From Candidatus Magasanikiibacteriota bacterium (GTDB lineage Bacteria > Patescibacteriota > Patescibacteriia > Magasanikbacterales > UBA922): 64,000 nt of DNA. Positions 18,093 to 27,961 of this stretch are shown here, in pieces. Every line of letters begins with the position of its first letter. Positions within the stretch are counted from its first letter, which is position 1. Position numbers and translations under genes: made by a program. The notes under the pieces were generated by a model, which worked only from the letters and a program-made list of their open reading frames with translations, had not been told where the DNA came from and made no database searches. The DNA lies in contig JBPOIO010000001.1 in assembly GCA_052034405.1 (NCBI GenBank), positions 67 to 64,066 of the forward strand. Direction: 5' to 3'.

Positions 18093-18965
18093 CTAGAGAA
18101 GTATTTCATCCAAAATTCGTTTCAATTCTTCACGCGAGTGATATTCAATATTAATAGTCCCCTTTTCTCCACGAGGAGAAATACGAACTTTTGCACCAAA
18201 TTTTTCTTCGAGAAGTTGTTCTTGGGCAACAATATTTGGATCTCGTTTTTGTACACCTTTACGAGCGGCAGCACCTTTTTGCATGACAATATGTTCGATA
18301 TCTCGAACCGTCATATGTGTCCCCATCATACTTTCAAAAGCAGCAAGCTGTTCGTCAACAGAACGAAGACTCAAAATCGTTCGGGCTTTTGAGGTACTGA
18401 GTGTCCCATCCATAACCGCACTTTGAATTTTGTCTGGAAGATCCAAAAGACGAATCGTATTGGCAATCACTGGACGACTTTTGCCAACTTTTTGTGAAAC
18501 CTGTTCTTGCGTCAAATAAAATTGCTCCATGAGACGTTTATAGGCAAAGGCTTCTTCGATAGGGTTCAAATTTTGTCGTTGAATATTTTCAATCAGGGCA
18601 AGTTCCAATTTTTCTTGACGATTGACGGTTCGAACCAAAGCTGGAATAGTCGCCACACCAGCCCGCTGACTTGCACGAAAACGACGTTCACCCGCAATAA
18701 TTTCATAACCACCGTCTTCTTTTTCTGTAACCGTGATAGGCTGCAAAACTCCATGTTCCTTGATCGATTGCACCAAATCTTCAAGTTCTTCCTCTGCAAA
18801 AAAACGACGAGGCTGTTCCTCATTTGCAACGATTTCGGAAAGTGGTATATGCCACAGACGTTCTGAATCTTTGAATCTTTCTTTTGGAGCAGGAGCTTCA
18901 CTGTGAATAGCGGTTGTGGGTTTTCCAACAGGAATAAGAGAACCCAAGCCTTTGCCAAGAGCCAT
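18093..18965 (-). CDS. parB: Chromosome partitioning protein ParB/Spo0J
   Basis: ParB box IIAGERRFRAS and a C-terminal HTH region. Confidence 0.9.
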   Translation of the reverse strand: MALGKGLGSLIPVGKPTTAIHSEAPAPKERFKDSERLWHIPLSEIVANEEQPRRFFAEEELEDLVQSIKEHGVLQPITVTEKEDGGYEIIAGERRFRASQRAGVATIPALVRTVNRQEKLELALIENIQRQNLNPIEEAFAYKRLMEQFYLTQEQVSQKVGKSRPVIANTIRLLDLPDKIQSAVMDGTLSTSKARTILSLRSVDEQLAAFESMMGTHMTVRDIEHIVMQKGAAARKGVQKRDPNIVAQEQLLEEKFGAKVRISPRGEKGTINIEYHSREELKRILDEILL

Positions 18966-18993
18966 AGTAAAAAGTTAGAAGTTTGAAATAAAT

Positions 18994-19773
18994 TTAGACA
19001 GCAGATTGTGCTTCGTGACGTTCCAAAATTTCACGAGCAAGTCGCTCATAAGCACGAGCCCCTTTGCCATGTGGTTCGTATTGTAAAATGGTTTGACCAA
19101 AACTTGGTGCCTCTGCAAGACGAACCGTACGAGGAATAACCGCACGAAAAATATTATCTGGAAAATATTTGTAAATTTCACCCATAACATCTTCACTGAG
19201 TTTTGTACGTTTATCAAACATCGTAATCACAGCACCCAAAATTTCAAGTTCTGGCTTGAGGTGTTCTTTTACAAGACCAATGGTTTGGAGCAATTGTCCA
19301 AGTCCCTCAAGGGCATAGTATTCGGCCTGAACAGGAATCAATATTTCGTTTGCTGCGGCAAGACTATTAATAGTCAAAAGTCCAAGTGATGGAGGGCAAT
19401 CAATAATAATATAGTCATAGGCATGCTGCACCTCAGCAAGCAGGTCCATCAGCTGAAATTCACGTCTTTCGACGTCTACAAGCTCAATATTGGCTCCTGC
19501 AAGCTCCGCAGTTCCTGGAGCCAAACGAAGGCCTTCATGCCCGGTATTTTGAATAACATCATGGATACGTTTTTGACGGCTCAAAGCCTCGTACATACCA
19601 TGTTCAAGAGCACTACGCTCAAAACCAAGACCACTCGTGGCATTGCCCTGAGGATCCATATCTACAAGAAGTACAAACTTACCTAACTCCGAAAGATAGG
19701 CGGCCAAATTCATGGCAGTAGTGGTTTTGCCCACCCCGCCTTTTTGGTTAACGACTGCAATAATACGTGACAT
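18994..19773 (-). CDS. parA: Chromosome partitioning ATPase ParA/Soj
   Basis: Deviant Walker A NQKGGVGKTTT. Start placed at MSRIIAV (cat at 19771-19773). Confidence 0.9.
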   Translation of the reverse strand: MSRIIAVVNQKGGVGKTTTAMNLAAYLSELGKFVLLVDMDPQGNATSGLGFERSALEHGMYEALSRQKRIHDVIQNTGHEGLRLAPGTAELAGANIELVDVERREFQLMDLLAEVQHAYDYIIIDCPPSLGLLTINSLAAANEILIPVQAEYYALEGLGQLLQTIGLVKEHLKPELEILGAVITMFDKRTKLSEDVMGEIYKYFPDNIFRAVIPRTVRLAEAPSFGQTILQYEPHGKGARAYERLAREILERHEAQSAV

Positions 19774-19804
19774 ATTCTTTATTTTTACTCCATTATACAC
19801 CCAA

Positions 19805-19832
19805 TTGACAAAGTTCACAATATGACGTATAA
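19805..19832 (+). promoter_or_regulatory. Consensus sigma70 promoter (TTGACA-16-TATAAT) driving tRNA-Leu
   Basis: TTGACA at 19805-19810 and TATAAT at 19827-19832. Confidence 0.65.
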
Positions 19833-19848
19833 TTGAGTCTGTAAATAA

Positions 19849-19932
19849 GCCCAGATGGCGGAATTGGTAGACGCACGGGACTCAAAATCCCGCGATCGCA
19901 AGGTCATGGGGGTTCGATTCCCCCTTTGGGCA
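19849..19932 (+). tRNA. tRNA-Leu (CAA), type II
   Basis: GCCCAGATGGCGGAATTGGTAGACGC... Anticodon loop CTCAAAA. Long variable arm. T-loop GGTTCGATTCC. Confidence 0.85.
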
Positions 19933-19938
19933 CCGATG

Positions 19939-19970
19939 AAAAACACTCTTTTTGCAGAGTGTTTTTTAAT
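19939..19970. terminator. Rho-independent terminator after tRNA-Leu (also serves the convergent dac-like gene)
   Basis: aaaaacactct-ttttgc-agagtgtttttt. Confidence 0.75.
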
Positions 19971-19977
19971 CTCAAAA

Positions 19978-21117
19978 TTATTTTGTAAGAGTCGAACTTG
20001 TCGTCGTACTCGGCACTTGTTCACTTGGCCAAGCAAAAGCAGAAAATACATCGTAGCTAATATCTCGAGCCTCTGAAAAACGAAGTTCATGGGCTTTGGC
20101 ACCAAGTATTACAACATCAATCACCTTTTCATCATCTCGTGCCAGTTGCATCGTAAAATTATATCCCGCAGCAGTAATATAACCTGTTTTACCTCCACGA
20201 AAATCTTTTATTTTATTTGGTACCCAGCCGAGCAAAAGCCAATTGGTACTCCAAAAATGCTGCAATTTTTTTTTGCCAACCGGAGCAATATTTATTTCTT
20301 TGAGCACAAGAGCTTCCTGAATTTTTGGATGACGAAGTGATTCGTCGAGTAAAATTGCAATATCTGATGCCGTTGAAATATTTTTTTCGCTCAGTCCCGT
20401 AGGTTCTACAAAACTTGAATCTTTCATACCAAGCTCAAGAGCTTTTTCATTCATACGAGCCACAAAGGCCTCACGTGTCATCCCTGTACTATCTGCAAGT
20501 GCAAGCATAGACTGATTGGAAGAAGCCACGAGTGCGGCCTTCCAAAGATCAGAAATAGTATATACCGCACCAGAAACTACATGAGAATCATCAATATCCT
20601 CATCCCCTTTTATCGTCGTCGTACTATTCCAATCAGGATTTGAATCCAAAACTACCAAAGCACTCATAAGCTTGCTAATACTCGCAAGTGGTCGTTTTTC
20701 ATATTCATTCTTTCGATACAAAACCTCAGCTGTTTTTACATCCTTTACAAAAACAGAAGCTGCTGTAAATTTTTCAGGTTCGGGTAAAATACCAGTCAAA
20801 TGTGGTACGGGAGGCGGAAGAATTACTTTCGGCGGAGGAGGTACTTCAACACCAATTTTAAAAGCATGTTTTTGAATAAGATTCACAATATTTTTTTGCA
20901 TCAAGGACTCAAAAGTAGCCCAAGCTTGATTTTTCTTTTCAAGATAAGACAAAGTAAAAGTAGCACTGAGCAAAAGTAAAAAAATAGCAACTCCATTACG
21001 CCAATAATTTGAAAAAAAATCCTTCTTTATACCAGGAGGAATAGTTTCTTTTTTATCCACAGAAAAAGATTGAAGTGGAGCTGCCACTGTTTTTTGTATT
21101 TCTGGTATTTCATCCAT
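19978..21117 (-). CDS. D-alanyl-D-alanine carboxypeptidase (peptidase S11, PBP5/DacA-like) with N-terminal TM anchor
   Basis: SxxK (ASISK), SxN (SSNQ) and KTG (GKTGYI) motifs in the right order. Confidence 0.8.
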   Translation of the reverse strand: MDEIPEIQKTVAAPLQSFSVDKKETIPPGIKKDFFSNYWRNGVAIFLLLLSATFTLSYLEKKNQAWATFESLMQKNIVNLIQKHAFKIGVEVPPPPKVILPPPVPHLTGILPEPEKFTAASVFVKDVKTAEVLYRKNEYEKRPLASISKLMSALVVLDSNPDWNSTTTIKGDEDIDDSHVVSGAVYTISDLWKAALVASSNQSMLALADSTGMTREAFVARMNEKALELGMKDSSFVEPTGLSEKNISTASDIAILLDESLRHPKIQEALVLKEINIAPVGKKKLQHFWSTNWLLLGWVPNKIKDFRGGKTGYITAAGYNFTMQLARDDEKVIDVVILGAKAHELRFSEARDISYDVFSAFAWPSEQVPSTTTSSTLTK

Positions 21118-21122
21118 AAAAG

Positions 21123-21671
21123 TTATATATCATGTATACTACTTTGAAGTGCATGATCCAAATATTCATGTGCATGCAAGGCTTCATATTCTGGCAAATC
21201 CCTTACGCTTTGTATACCCAGCACACGTAGTGCATCAAGAGAAAGAACATACGAAGGCATAAGATCGTCTACTCCTGAATTTTCTTCGAGAAGCCCTCGC
21301 ATCATAAGATTGCGTAAAATAAGTGCACAGTTCACACCACGAATCTGTTCAATCTCTGGACGAGTGAGTGGTCCACGATAGGCAATAACCGTCAGTGTTT
21401 CAAGTTGTGCACGAGTCAGTTCACTACTCATTTCTTTTTGAACAAATTTTTCTACGACAGCAGCAGCATCGGGATTACTTACCATCTGAAACATATCTTC
21501 TGTTTCCAAAATAAAAATCCCAGATTCAAGTGTATTATATTTTTCAATCAAAAAATTCAAAGAAGATCTTACTTCGTCGAGCGAGGCTCCTGTCGAAATA
21601 ACAAACTGTTTTATCGTCAAAGGTTTTGAAGCGACAAAGAGTATGGCTTCGATTTGAGATTGGAGATTCAT
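21123..21671 (-). CDS. scpB: Segregation and condensation protein B
   Basis: Winged-helix ScpB pattern AILFVASKPLTIKQ...LEENSG. Confidence 0.8.
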   Translation of the reverse strand: MNLQSQIEAILFVASKPLTIKQFVISTGASLDEVRSSLNFLIEKYNTLESGIFILETEDMFQMVSNPDAAAVVEKFVQKEMSSELTRAQLETLTVIAYRGPLTRPEIEQIRGVNCALILRNLMMRGLLEENSGVDDLMPSYVLSLDALRVLGIQSVRDLPEYEALHAHEYLDHALQSSIHDI

Positions 21672-21672
21672 A

Positions 21673-22362
21673 TTATATCTTTTGAATATTTATAGTATCA
21701 AAGTTGTTGCTCTGCTGCAAGGTCACAACATTTTGTTTTACGAGCTCCAAAATAGCCAAAAAAGTTATCAATACTTCTGTTCTATTTCCTTTTTCTTTCA
21801 AGCACTGATCAAAAGTCAATGCATGAAGTTTTTTAAAAAGTGTTTTGAATCGATCTATTGTTTCTCGAAGTGAAACTGCTTTATCAATACTCATTTCTGG
21901 AAGAGATTTTGGTGGACGAATTTTTTTTATCAAAGACCACATAGACTCGTGAAGACGTTCTGTCGTAACATTTTCTGGAACAACAAATTCTGTAGATTTT
22001 CGAGGTGATTCAATACGCGCATACGATACAAGTTCTGATACCCAAAGTTTTTGGATATGACGACTCGCCCGAACAAACATTTTATACAAGCGCAACTGAT
22101 CTGCAAGATTGGGCCCCTCTTCTTCGTCAGGCATAAGCTGTGGCAAAAGAAGTCTCGCTTTGAGCAAAAGCAAACGTGAGGCAACTACCAAAAAATCAGA
22201 AAGTTCTTCTGCTTTTCGCTCTTCAAGGCCATCCAAATATGCCAAATACTGCTCGGTAATATTTGAAAGAGAAAGTTCACTAATTGATAATTTTTCGTCA
22301 TCAATAAGAGTAATAAGAAGAGAAAAAGGTCCACTAAATTGATCAAGCGTTATTTCCGTCAT
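21673..22362 (-). CDS. scpA: Segregation and condensation protein A
   Basis: ScpA (kleisin) family pattern. Adjacent to scpB. Confidence 0.8.
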   Translation of the reverse strand: MTEITLDQFSGPFSLLITLIDDEKLSISELSLSNITEQYLAYLDGLEERKAEELSDFLVVASRLLLLKARLLLPQLMPDEEEGPNLADQLRLYKMFVRASRHIQKLWVSELVSYARIESPRKSTEFVVPENVTTERLHESMWSLIKKIRPPKSLPEMSIDKAVSLRETIDRFKTLFKKLHALTFDQCLKEKGNRTEVLITFLAILELVKQNVVTLQQSNNFDTINIQKI

Positions 22363-22364
22363 AC

Positions 22365-23768
22365 CTATGCAACAAAGCGATGAATCTCAAGTGACTCAGA
22401 ACCTACAATCACGACCTCTTCAGAAGTAATATTGTTTTTCTCCAGTTGCACTTTTACTTCATTCAAAAATTCTTCTTGAGAATTTGTCTGTGACAAAATA
22501 GGAACGACTCCCCAACTCAAATTCAACTGATGCAAAGTTCTTTCGTCTCGTACCAACGCAAAAATAGGCAGTTCTGGACGAAAACTACTCATCATACGAA
22601 CTTCTTCTTCTGTGGCATTCCACAAAACAATAGCACTGGCTCCAATTTTTGCAGCAAGAAGTCGTGCCAATTCTTTCATCGTCTGTTTTGTATTTTTTCC
22701 TTCTGCTTCGTGAATTTCAAGTGGTAAGTTATCAAATTTTGATGATTCTGTTTCAAGCAAAATACGTGCCATAGTTTCAACAGTTTCAACAGGATATTGA
22801 CCAACCGCAGATTCATTGGAAAGCATCACTGCCGCAGTGTGATCAATCACCGCATTGGCAACGTCCGACACCTCAGCGCGAGTTGCACGTGGACTTTTTT
22901 CCATAGAGTCAAGCATTTGTGTTGCCACAATAACTGGTTTATTATATTCAATTCCAATCATGGTCAGAGTTTTTTGTACCATTGGTACCTGTTCACCAGG
23001 AATTTCAAGACCAAGATCCCCTCGTGCTACCATAATCGCATCGACCACTTCCATGATACTTTCAATGTTTTCTACCGCTTCACGACGTTCAATTTTGGCA
23101 ATAATTTTTATAGGTGGATTTTGTGAAATGTTTTTTGCTTTTGCTTCTTCGTCAAGAAGAGCACGCAAATCTATAATGTCCTGTGCATTTCGTACAAAAG
23201 AAAGTGCAATAAAATCTACTCCAAGAGAAAGTCCAAATCGTGCATCATCTTTGTCTTTATCACTCATGGCACGAACCGTAAGAGTAGAATCTGGAACATT
23301 AATTCCCTTATGTGATGTCAAAGTTCCACCTACTTTTATAAGAGTAGTGATTCGTGTTCCTTCAACAGCTACAATTTCTGTTTCCATTTTTCCGTCGTTG
23401 AGAAGAAGTCTCTCCCCTACTTTTAAATACTGATGCAGTTCATGATAATCTACAGGAATAGCTTCGCCTGCGTATTCAGATAATGCAGTATCAAAAACAA
23501 TCTGCGCTCCAGGACTAAGGACTACACCCGCCTCTGGCAGAACGCCAACACGAATTTTTGGCCCTTGTAAATCTTGCAAAATAGCAACTGGTTCTCCTGC
23601 TTGACGAGCAGCTTCACGAACATTGTTAAATAACTGCGTATGATTTTCATGACTTCCATGAGAAAAATTCAAGCGTGCTACATTCATACCAGCAGCAATC
23701 ATTTTTACCAGCACTTCAACACTGTCACAAGCCGGACCAATCGTACAAACAATTTTTGTTCTTTTCAT
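22365..23768 (-). CDS. pyk: Pyruvate kinase
   Basis: KIVCTIGPA...MNVARLNFSHG and the remaining conserved PK core. Confidence 0.9.
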   Translation of the reverse strand: MKRTKIVCTIGPACDSVEVLVKMIAAGMNVARLNFSHGSHENHTQLFNNVREAARQAGEPVAILQDLQGPKIRVGVLPEAGVVLSPGAQIVFDTALSEYAGEAIPVDYHELHQYLKVGERLLLNDGKMETEIVAVEGTRITTLIKVGGTLTSHKGINVPDSTLTVRAMSDKDKDDARFGLSLGVDFIALSFVRNAQDIIDLRALLDEEAKAKNISQNPPIKIIAKIERREAVENIESIMEVVDAIMVARGDLGLEIPGEQVPMVQKTLTMIGIEYNKPVIVATQMLDSMEKSPRATRAEVSDVANAVIDHTAAVMLSNESAVGQYPVETVETMARILLETESSKFDNLPLEIHEAEGKNTKQTMKELARLLAAKIGASAIVLWNATEEEVRMMSSFRPELPIFALVRDERTLHQLNLSWGVVPILSQTNSQEEFLNEVKVQLEKNNITSEEVVIVGSESLEIHRFVA

Positions 23769-23830
23769 AAAATGTTTTAAATAATTATAGACTTAAGTAA
23801 AATTATTTTTTTATTCGCTTCGTAAGTTTG

Positions 23831-23863
23831 TTACTTGTCCGTATTTGCGGATAATACAAGTAA
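23831..23863 (-). promoter_or_regulatory. 33-bp nested palindromic motif ~62 bp upstream of pyk; near-identical copy upstream of clpP
   Basis: Plus strand ttacttgtccgtatttgcggataatacaagtaa. Its reverse complement, ttacttgtattatccgcaaatacggacaagtaa, differs at 3 positions from ttacttgtattacccgcaggtacggacaagtaa at 51904-51936. Confidence 0.5.
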
Positions 23864-23895
23864 AAACTTAGCTCAGCTCCATAAAAATATAATTT

Positions 23896-24348
23896 TTACT
23901 TATTTTTAAGAGACTGAATTTCATTTTCAAAGGTCTTTACATCACTAAATGCTCGGTAGATAGACGCAAATCGAATATAAGCAACCGTATCAAATTTTTT
24001 CAAATGTTTCATTACAATTTCTCCAATATCATCACTTGTGACTTCACGTTTTTTCTTTTTTTGAATATCACGTTCAATCGCATGAATCAGTAAATCAAGT
24101 TTTTCTTGTGTATAAGGACGTTTTGTCAAAGATTGAACAATTCCTTTTGTCATCTTATTTCTCGAATACGCTTCTCGATCACCATTTTTTTTGACAACCA
24201 TAATATCGAGGAGTTCAATTTCCTCGATAGTAGAAAAACGATAACGACATTTTTCACACTCACGACGACGACGCACTGCCATTTGATCAGAGTTGAGGCG
24301 TGTATCGACTACTTTCGTTTCCTTAGATGGACACACCGGACAGTGCAT
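23896..24348 (-). CDS. nrdR: Transcriptional repressor NrdR
   Basis: Zn-ribbon MHCPVC...CEKC followed by an ATP-cone. Confidence 0.9.
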   Translation of the reverse strand: MHCPVCPSKETKVVDTRLNSDQMAVRRRRECEKCRYRFSTIEEIELLDIMVVKKNGDREAYSRNKMTKGIVQSLTKRPYTQEKLDLLIHAIERDIQKKKKREVTSDDIGEIVMKHLKKFDTVAYIRFASIYRAFSDVKTFENEIQSLKNK

Positions 24349-24374
24349 AGAAAAAACTTATTCGAAGAGGTGGA

Positions 24375-25679
24375 TTACATACCCATTTTACGACGTATAA
24401 AAGCTGGAATTTCGAGATCCTCACCATCATCAGTAGTATTTTTTGGAGGAAGTGGAGCCTGAACAGGTGGATTCACTTGAGCTGGCGCTCGAAAAGTATT
24501 TTCTTTTGGAAGAGACTTTGTACTAAAAACACTACTACGAGGTTCTTCAAGCTCTACTTCAACTTCCACTTCTACTTCTCGTACAGGCTCTCGAACAATT
24601 TCTCGTGGAGCTTGTTCACGATACATTTCAGAAGGTTTCTTTTTTACAAAAGTTGGAGCTGTTAATGTTGGTTTTGCTTTAAACATGCTCTGAACTTCTT
24701 CTTCACTCACACGAGTACGTCGTTCTATTTCTTCAAAACCAGTCGCAATTACGGTAATACGAAGTTCCTCACCAAGACTTTCATCAATAACCGTTCCAAA
24801 AATAACTTTCGCATTTTCATCAGCTGAACTCGTAATAATTTTGGCAGCCTCTGAGACTTCTTGCATTCCAAGACTTGCCCCACCTGTAATAGTAAAGAGA
24901 ATTCCTCTTGCCCCATCAATAGAAAGTTCAAGAAGTGGACTAGAAATTGCTGCGTTTGCTGCTTCAACCGCACGATTTTCACCTTTTCCAACACCGATTC
25001 CCATAAGGGCAGAACCAGTATCTTTCATGATCGTTTTAACGTCAGCAAAATCCACATTGATAAGCCCTGGAACCGTAATAAGTTCGGAAATTCCTTGAAC
25101 ACCCTGACGAAGAACATCATCTACAATTTTGAAGGCATCAAGAAGGGATGTTTTTTTATCAACAATTTGTAACACCTTATCATTTGGAATAGTAATAATA
25201 GTGTCTACTTGATCGGCCAATGCTTTGTAAGCATTGTCACCAATTTTTTTACGCTGTGCTCCTTCAAAAGAAAATGGTTTTGTTACAACAGCTACGGTCA
25301 AAGCACCCATATCATGAGCAATTTGAGCAATGACTGGACTTGCTCCAGAGCCAGTTCCACCACCAAGGCCACAGGTAATAAATACCATGTCAGCATCTTT
25401 CAAAAATTCACGAATTTCATTTTGAGATTCTTCGGCAGCACGTTTACCAATTTCTGGATCCATACCAGCACCAAGTCCTCGTGTAATGGTTTTTCCAATA
25501 TGCAATTTTCCCGAAGCACTATTGTGGTGCAAAGCTTGAACATCCGTGTTCATGACAATAAATTCCACACCTCGAATACCAGATCGAACCATACGATCAA
25601 CAGCAGATCCCCCTGATCCGCCAACACCAACAACTTTAATTTTTGCAAATGTTTCTACTTCAGGTTTTACTTGAGGCAT
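24375..25679 (-). CDS. ftsZ: Cell division protein FtsZ
   Basis: GGGTGSG tubulin signature. C-terminal [11 protein letters not shown] peptide. EV-repeat linker. Start at MPQVKP (cat at 25677-25679). Confidence 0.92.
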   Translation of the reverse strand: MPQVKPEVETFAKIKVVGVGGSGGSAVDRMVRSGIRGVEFIVMNTDVQALHHNSASGKLHIGKTITRGLGAGMDPEIGKRAAEESQNEIREFLKDADMVFITCGLGGGTGSGASPVIAQIAHDMGALTVAVVTKPFSFEGAQRKKIGDNAYKALADQVDTIITIPNDKVLQIVDKKTSLLDAFKIVDDVLRQGVQGISELITVPGLINVDFADVKTIMKDTGSALMGIGVGKGENRAVEAANAAISSPLLELSIDGARGILFTITGGASLGMQEVSEAAKIITSSADENAKVIFGTVIDESLGEELRITVIATGFEEIERRTRVSEEEVQSMFKAKPTLTAPTFVKKKPSEMYREQAPREIVREPVREVEVEVEVELEEPRSSVFSTKSLPKENTFRAPAQVNPPVQAPLPPKNTTDDGEDLEIPAFIRRKMGM

Positions 25680-25854
25680 AGCATATATGTATAGTCTGAA
25701 CAAGAAAATTGTTCGGTATTTTAGCAATAGAATCTGTCTCTATAGTGTAGCGACTTTGACGTATACTGTCAAGAAAATCACAAAAATTTGTGTATAAGTT
25801 CGCTTATGAGAACAAAAAAACCTGCAAAAACAGGTTCTTTCTCTCGAAAAAAAA

Positions 25855-27120
25855 TCAAGGCACAAGAAATCGAAAAACTTTGCGTAAACTTTCAACTACT
25901 TTTTGAGATCCCCCTGCAAGTACCGAAGCATGCTTTGTCTCAGGATTTTCAAGCATCAAACTTCCCCATTTTACAAGACCAATAGAAGGTGCAAAAGCAA
26001 CATCATTGGCTTTTTCTGTAACAGTGCGAATATCAAGAGGAAATCCCAAACTTGCGTTCATACGAAGTTTTTGTTTGGTAAGATCCACAAGCCCTGCAAT
26101 TTTTGCCCCACCTCCACTAAAAATAACTCCCGCGGGCAAAAGACCACTTCGATCAATGGATACAAGTTCTTTATCAATACGCTCCAAAATTTCAGATACA
26201 CGAGCATTGATAATTTCGGTAATATAAAATAAAGAAACTTCTTCGTGAGCAACCCCACCAAAGTCAAAAAGATCTACAACGTCATGTTTATTCACGGCTT
26301 TGGTATTGCAAGAACCAACTTCAATTTTTATTTTTTCAGCAACATCAATAGATGTTTGAAGCCCAAGCGCAAGATCATTGGTAATATGATCAGCACCAAT
26401 TGGTAATACGGCAGTATGAATCACATTTCCACCCTCATATACCAATAATGTCGTGGTCGAACCACCAAAATCCACAATAAGAACACCAAGTTCTTTTTGG
26501 CGTGGGGTAAGTACAGCATCGGCAGTAGCCAAAACAGATAATACAACATCATCAATCGTTACACTGGTACGATATACGGCCTTGGTTACATTTTTGAGAT
26601 GACTCGTGAGTCCATACACTGCCTGAGCTTCTACTTCAAGACGGATTCCAGTCATACCAACTGGATCTTTGATACCAAGCTGTCCATCCACCGAAAAATG
26701 TCGTGGAACAAGATGAAGCATCTCATAGTTAAGTGGTGCTGCAATGGTTTTTGCTGCTTCAATAGCTCGAACGACATCTTCCTCCGAAATTTCACCATCT
26801 GGTTTTGCCACAGCAACCACTCCTCGAGTCTTTTGAGATAAAATATGCATTCCAGAAATACCAATCCAAACATTTGTTATAGGACTTCCAGTCAAACGTT
26901 CAATTTGTTCAAGCGCATTTGAAACCGAAGAAACAGCCTCTTCAATACTCACAATCACACCCTTTTGTACACCTTCCGAAGGAACTTCGGCCGTAGCAAT
27001 GATTTGTAGCTCTTTTTTGCCATCGGCACGCATTCCCATTTGTCCAACAGCAACACGAACAGCACTTGATCCAATATCAAGGCCAGTAATAAGATTTGAT
27101 TGAGATTTTGATCGTGCCAT
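25855..27120 (-). CDS. ftsA: Cell division protein FtsA
   Basis: Actin-like ATPase DIGSSAVRVAVG...GGGA. Start at MARSKS (27120). Confidence 0.88.
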   Translation of the reverse strand: MARSKSQSNLITGLDIGSSAVRVAVGQMGMRADGKKELQIIATAEVPSEGVQKGVIVSIEEAVSSVSNALEQIERLTGSPITNVWIGISGMHILSQKTRGVVAVAKPDGEISEEDVVRAIEAAKTIAAPLNYEMLHLVPRHFSVDGQLGIKDPVGMTGIRLEVEAQAVYGLTSHLKNVTKAVYRTSVTIDDVVLSVLATADAVLTPRQKELGVLIVDFGGSTTTLLVYEGGNVIHTAVLPIGADHITNDLALGLQTSIDVAEKIKIEVGSCNTKAVNKHDVVDLFDFGGVAHEEVSLFYITEIINARVSEILERIDKELVSIDRSGLLPAGVIFSGGGAKIAGLVDLTKQKLRMNASLGFPLDIRTVTEKANDVAFAPSIGLVKWGSLMLENPETKHASVLAGGSQKVVESLRKVFRFLVP

Positions 27121-27136
27121 AGATAAATGCAGTATA

Positions 27137-27520
27137 TCAAAAAAAGAGAAAATTTTCAACTTGAAGATTCTTTATATAAGGCCAAAAAATACAAATTCCT
27201 ATAATAATACTCAGAAGTGAGGCCAAAAGAACGGCTCCTGCCATAATATCTTTGACCATTTTTACCTGCTCTGACAATCGAGGTTTTACCACATCAGCGA
27301 CATGTTCAATCGCAGTATTGATACATTCCAAAATAAGAATCAAAATAATCACGCTTGCCAGAAAAAGAAAACTCGTACCAGATATATGCAAAAAAATCCC
27401 CAAAAGAACTGCCAAAAAACCACAAAATAACTGAATACGAAAATTTTGTTCAGACTTGAAAACAAGTGCAATCCCACGAAGGGCGTATCCAAAACTTTTT
27501 TGAAGTTGTTTTATATTCAT
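27137..27520 (-). CDS. dgkA: Diacylglycerol/undecaprenol kinase DgkA family
   Basis: Three TM helices plus the ECINTAIEHVAD motif. Confidence 0.75.
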   Translation of the reverse strand: MNIKQLQKSFGYALRGIALVFKSEQNFRIQLFCGFLAVLLGIFLHISGTSFLFLASVIILILILECINTAIEHVADVVKPRLSEQVKMVKDIMAGAVLLASLLSIIIGICIFWPYIKNLQVENFLFF

Positions 27521-27942
27521 ACAATTTCAGCCAAAAACTTTTCTTGCAATCGAAACATTTTTTTTGCATCTTTTTCATTCATATGATCATATCCCAAAAG
27601 ATGCAAGATTCCATGAGTCATCATACGATAAAATTCAATCTTCCAAGGAATTTGATACTCTTTTGCCTGTCTTTTTACCTGTGGCAAACAAATAAAAACA
27701 TCTCCCCAATCATCGCTTGGCATAGCCATATCCCCTTCTTGTGAAGCAAAACTCAAAACATCGGTCGGCTTCTTTTTCCCCCGATATTGAAAATTAAGAT
27801 CCGTCATTTTTTTATCTCCAATAATATGAAGACTCACACTCGCTTTCTTTTTTTTCAAACCCTGCAGAATGTGACATACATTTTTTTCAAGTGTTTTTTT
27901 TGAAATTGGTATTTTGAGTTTACAATAAACAGTACATTCCAT
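27517..27942 (-). CDS. ybeY: rRNA maturation endoribonuclease YbeY
   Basis: HGILHLLGYDH Zn-binding motif. 4-nt overlap with dgkA (ybeY-dgkA synteny). Confidence 0.8.
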   Translation of the reverse strand: MECTVYCKLKIPISKKTLEKNVCHILQGLKKKKASVSLHIIGDKKMTDLNFQYRGKKKPTDVLSFASQEGDMAMPSDDWGDVFICLPQVKRQAKEYQIPWKIEFYRMMTHGILHLLGYDHMNEKDAKKMFRLQEKFLAEIV

Positions 27943-27961
27943 AATAGCAGAAAGACAAAAA